Below, piece after piece: positions 62,331 to 64,000 of a stretch of 64,000 nucleotides of DNA (the stretch's first letter is position 1; every line of letters starts with the position of its first letter). The stretch is from contig OX597823.1 in assembly GCA_951406725.2 (NCBI GenBank), positions 62,620,001-62,684,000 of the forward strand, written 5' to 3'. A model generated the notes under the pieces. The model was not told the DNA's origin. It ran no database searches and worked only from the letters and a program-made list of their open reading frames with translations. Origin of the DNA: Octopus vulgaris. Lineage: Eukaryota. A program made the translations under genes and the position numbers.

Positions 62331-64000
62331 GCAAGACTAGCCTGAGCTTAAGCACTCTATCACACACCCTGACTATTTCTATGACCTTATCCACCCATTC
62401 CTCTGCAAGAAGTATGCCTACACCACCTACTCCACCACTGTTCCCTTCCCAGAAGATTTTATACCTATGTGCCTTGCTTGTGAGGACCCTGGCTGAAACT
62501 CCTCTCCAGCTTACCTCTTGTATACAGCATACATCAACACACCTCCGTTCAAGTATCTCTACAAACTTGTTAGACCCACATTACAATGTGCCTACATTGA
62601 CAGTGCCAACTCTGAAAACTGGAAAAGGGATGTGGGAGGAAACATGGGAAGGAGAGATGTTATTCAGCACCTGAAAAGGTTTCCGTGATCATTTGATAGA
62701 CATGTCACATTAGTTGTTCTTGCTTTTCACCTATCGTCATTCAAACATGTTAAAATTGTTGCCCCTACTAGAGGTGAGAGTAAGAAAGCATTGTAAATGA
62801 AAGTGTTTTGGGCATTGTAAATATATGTATTACTGGTGCTGCAGATCTAAATATAAATATGCCAATGTTAAATTAAGTAAGTGGGCTGCTATCTGGTTGG
62901 GTTAGTCCAGAGAGGGAGAGACAGTGAGGGGGTGTGCATTTTGGTTGGGTTAGTCCAGAGAGAGAAAGGAGAGGGGTCAAAATTACCAGTATAAGAGAGG
63001 AGACTACCAGAATGAGAGGGGGATTTCCAGTAAGAGAAACGGGATTTCCAGTATTGGTGGTGGGGACGGAGAAGGGTGGGTGCATCCATGAACAAGAAAG
63101 AGTCATTTTTAAGAGAAACAGTACGAAAATATTTAGCCATAGTGAGAAATTAGGAAAGGATTATTTTAGAGAGAGAGAGATTACAATTTAGAAGCAATTT
63201 GAAGAATTAATATAAATAATTACAGTTTATAAAAGTACATATTAGTAATGATGTGGGTTAGATGAATGAATGAATGAAGCAATTACGTCATAACCAATGG
63301 GAAAGTCCATCATGTCATGACTATAAATAAAAAGTTCACATCATAAGTGTGTGATTATAGTAGACAGAAACTGAAAGAAGTCCTCTCTCTCTCTCATTCA
63401 CTTTCTCTCTCTTTCTATGTGCATTATTTGTTTATATTTATGCTTCTTTGAAAAGGGTGAGATACAAACAGTTACATTGTTCTCATTTCCTCTGTCATCA
63501 AATCATAATCTAATGGCTTTGAAGCATCAAAGTTGCCCGGAATAAGATATTCCTTATTTGAAAAAAAAAAAGTAAGGGTTAGCGCCAAGAGGAACATCTG
63601 GCTGCAAAACAAAGCCTTGATAATACAGTCATCTACCCCAGGGGTTCTTAAGACCCCTTTTTATCTATAGACCCCTTTGATTACTATTTTATTCTGTTGG
63701 ACCCCAACAGCCAATCGATGTTTAGAAACTTCTTTCAAAATTCCTATTTTATTTTTTTCATTAACTAATGTAGGTTGTTTGGTTTTGGATTTGTTTAGCA
63801 AGATTCTTTATGTGTGTTCATGTACTGAAGCAAATTCTGTTGTGTCTGGGGAGAGTCATTCTCTTTTAGTGCCTTATAATTTAACACACTCACTGGCAAA
63901 ATTTCCACTCATTTATTTTCCACATTTATTTTTCTAAACTTTTCATTGCGTCTTGCAACCTTTTCAGTAGTCGTTGACTTTGTCCATTATTCAAGCTGTG

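Noticed and set aside
62873-63191. Possible upstream exon of the ZF gene
   Set aside because: Short local tandem duplications; no convincing splice-bounded, phase-1-ending frame found

Overview
Repeat-rich eukaryotic (animal) DNA. The SINE/LINE families and dense (TA)n/(CA)n microsatellites resemble octopus (inference). One host gene is present: a minus-strand C2H2 zinc-finger/AT-hook gene. I reconstructed 12 phase-consistent GT-AG exons from 61379 down to the stop at 24879 (~856 aa in the window; 5' exons lie upstream). It encodes an AT-hook, 8 C2H2 fingers plus 1 C2HC finger and a T/A/E/Q-rich tail, and has an apparent 1-nt frameshift in a G-run of the last exon. The rest is TE debris: a fragmented Gypsy element with a nested solo LTR, Penelope-like (PLE) RT and GIY-YIG fragments, CR1-type, RTE and R4/Dong LINEs, mariner, maT/Tc1, hAT, Chapaev-like fragments, non-autonomous Helitrons, 8-bp-TSD MITEs and tRNA-SINEs. 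The most interesting signal is several minimal type-I hammerhead ribozyme motifs with palindromic stem III in (TA)n-flanked inserts. Two carry the U3-A8 compensatory core, and one belongs to a 357-nt tandem-plus-inverted retrozyme/pLTR-like unit inside an intron. Most short ORFs in the track are microsatellite or repeat noise. TE boundaries without TSDs are approximate.
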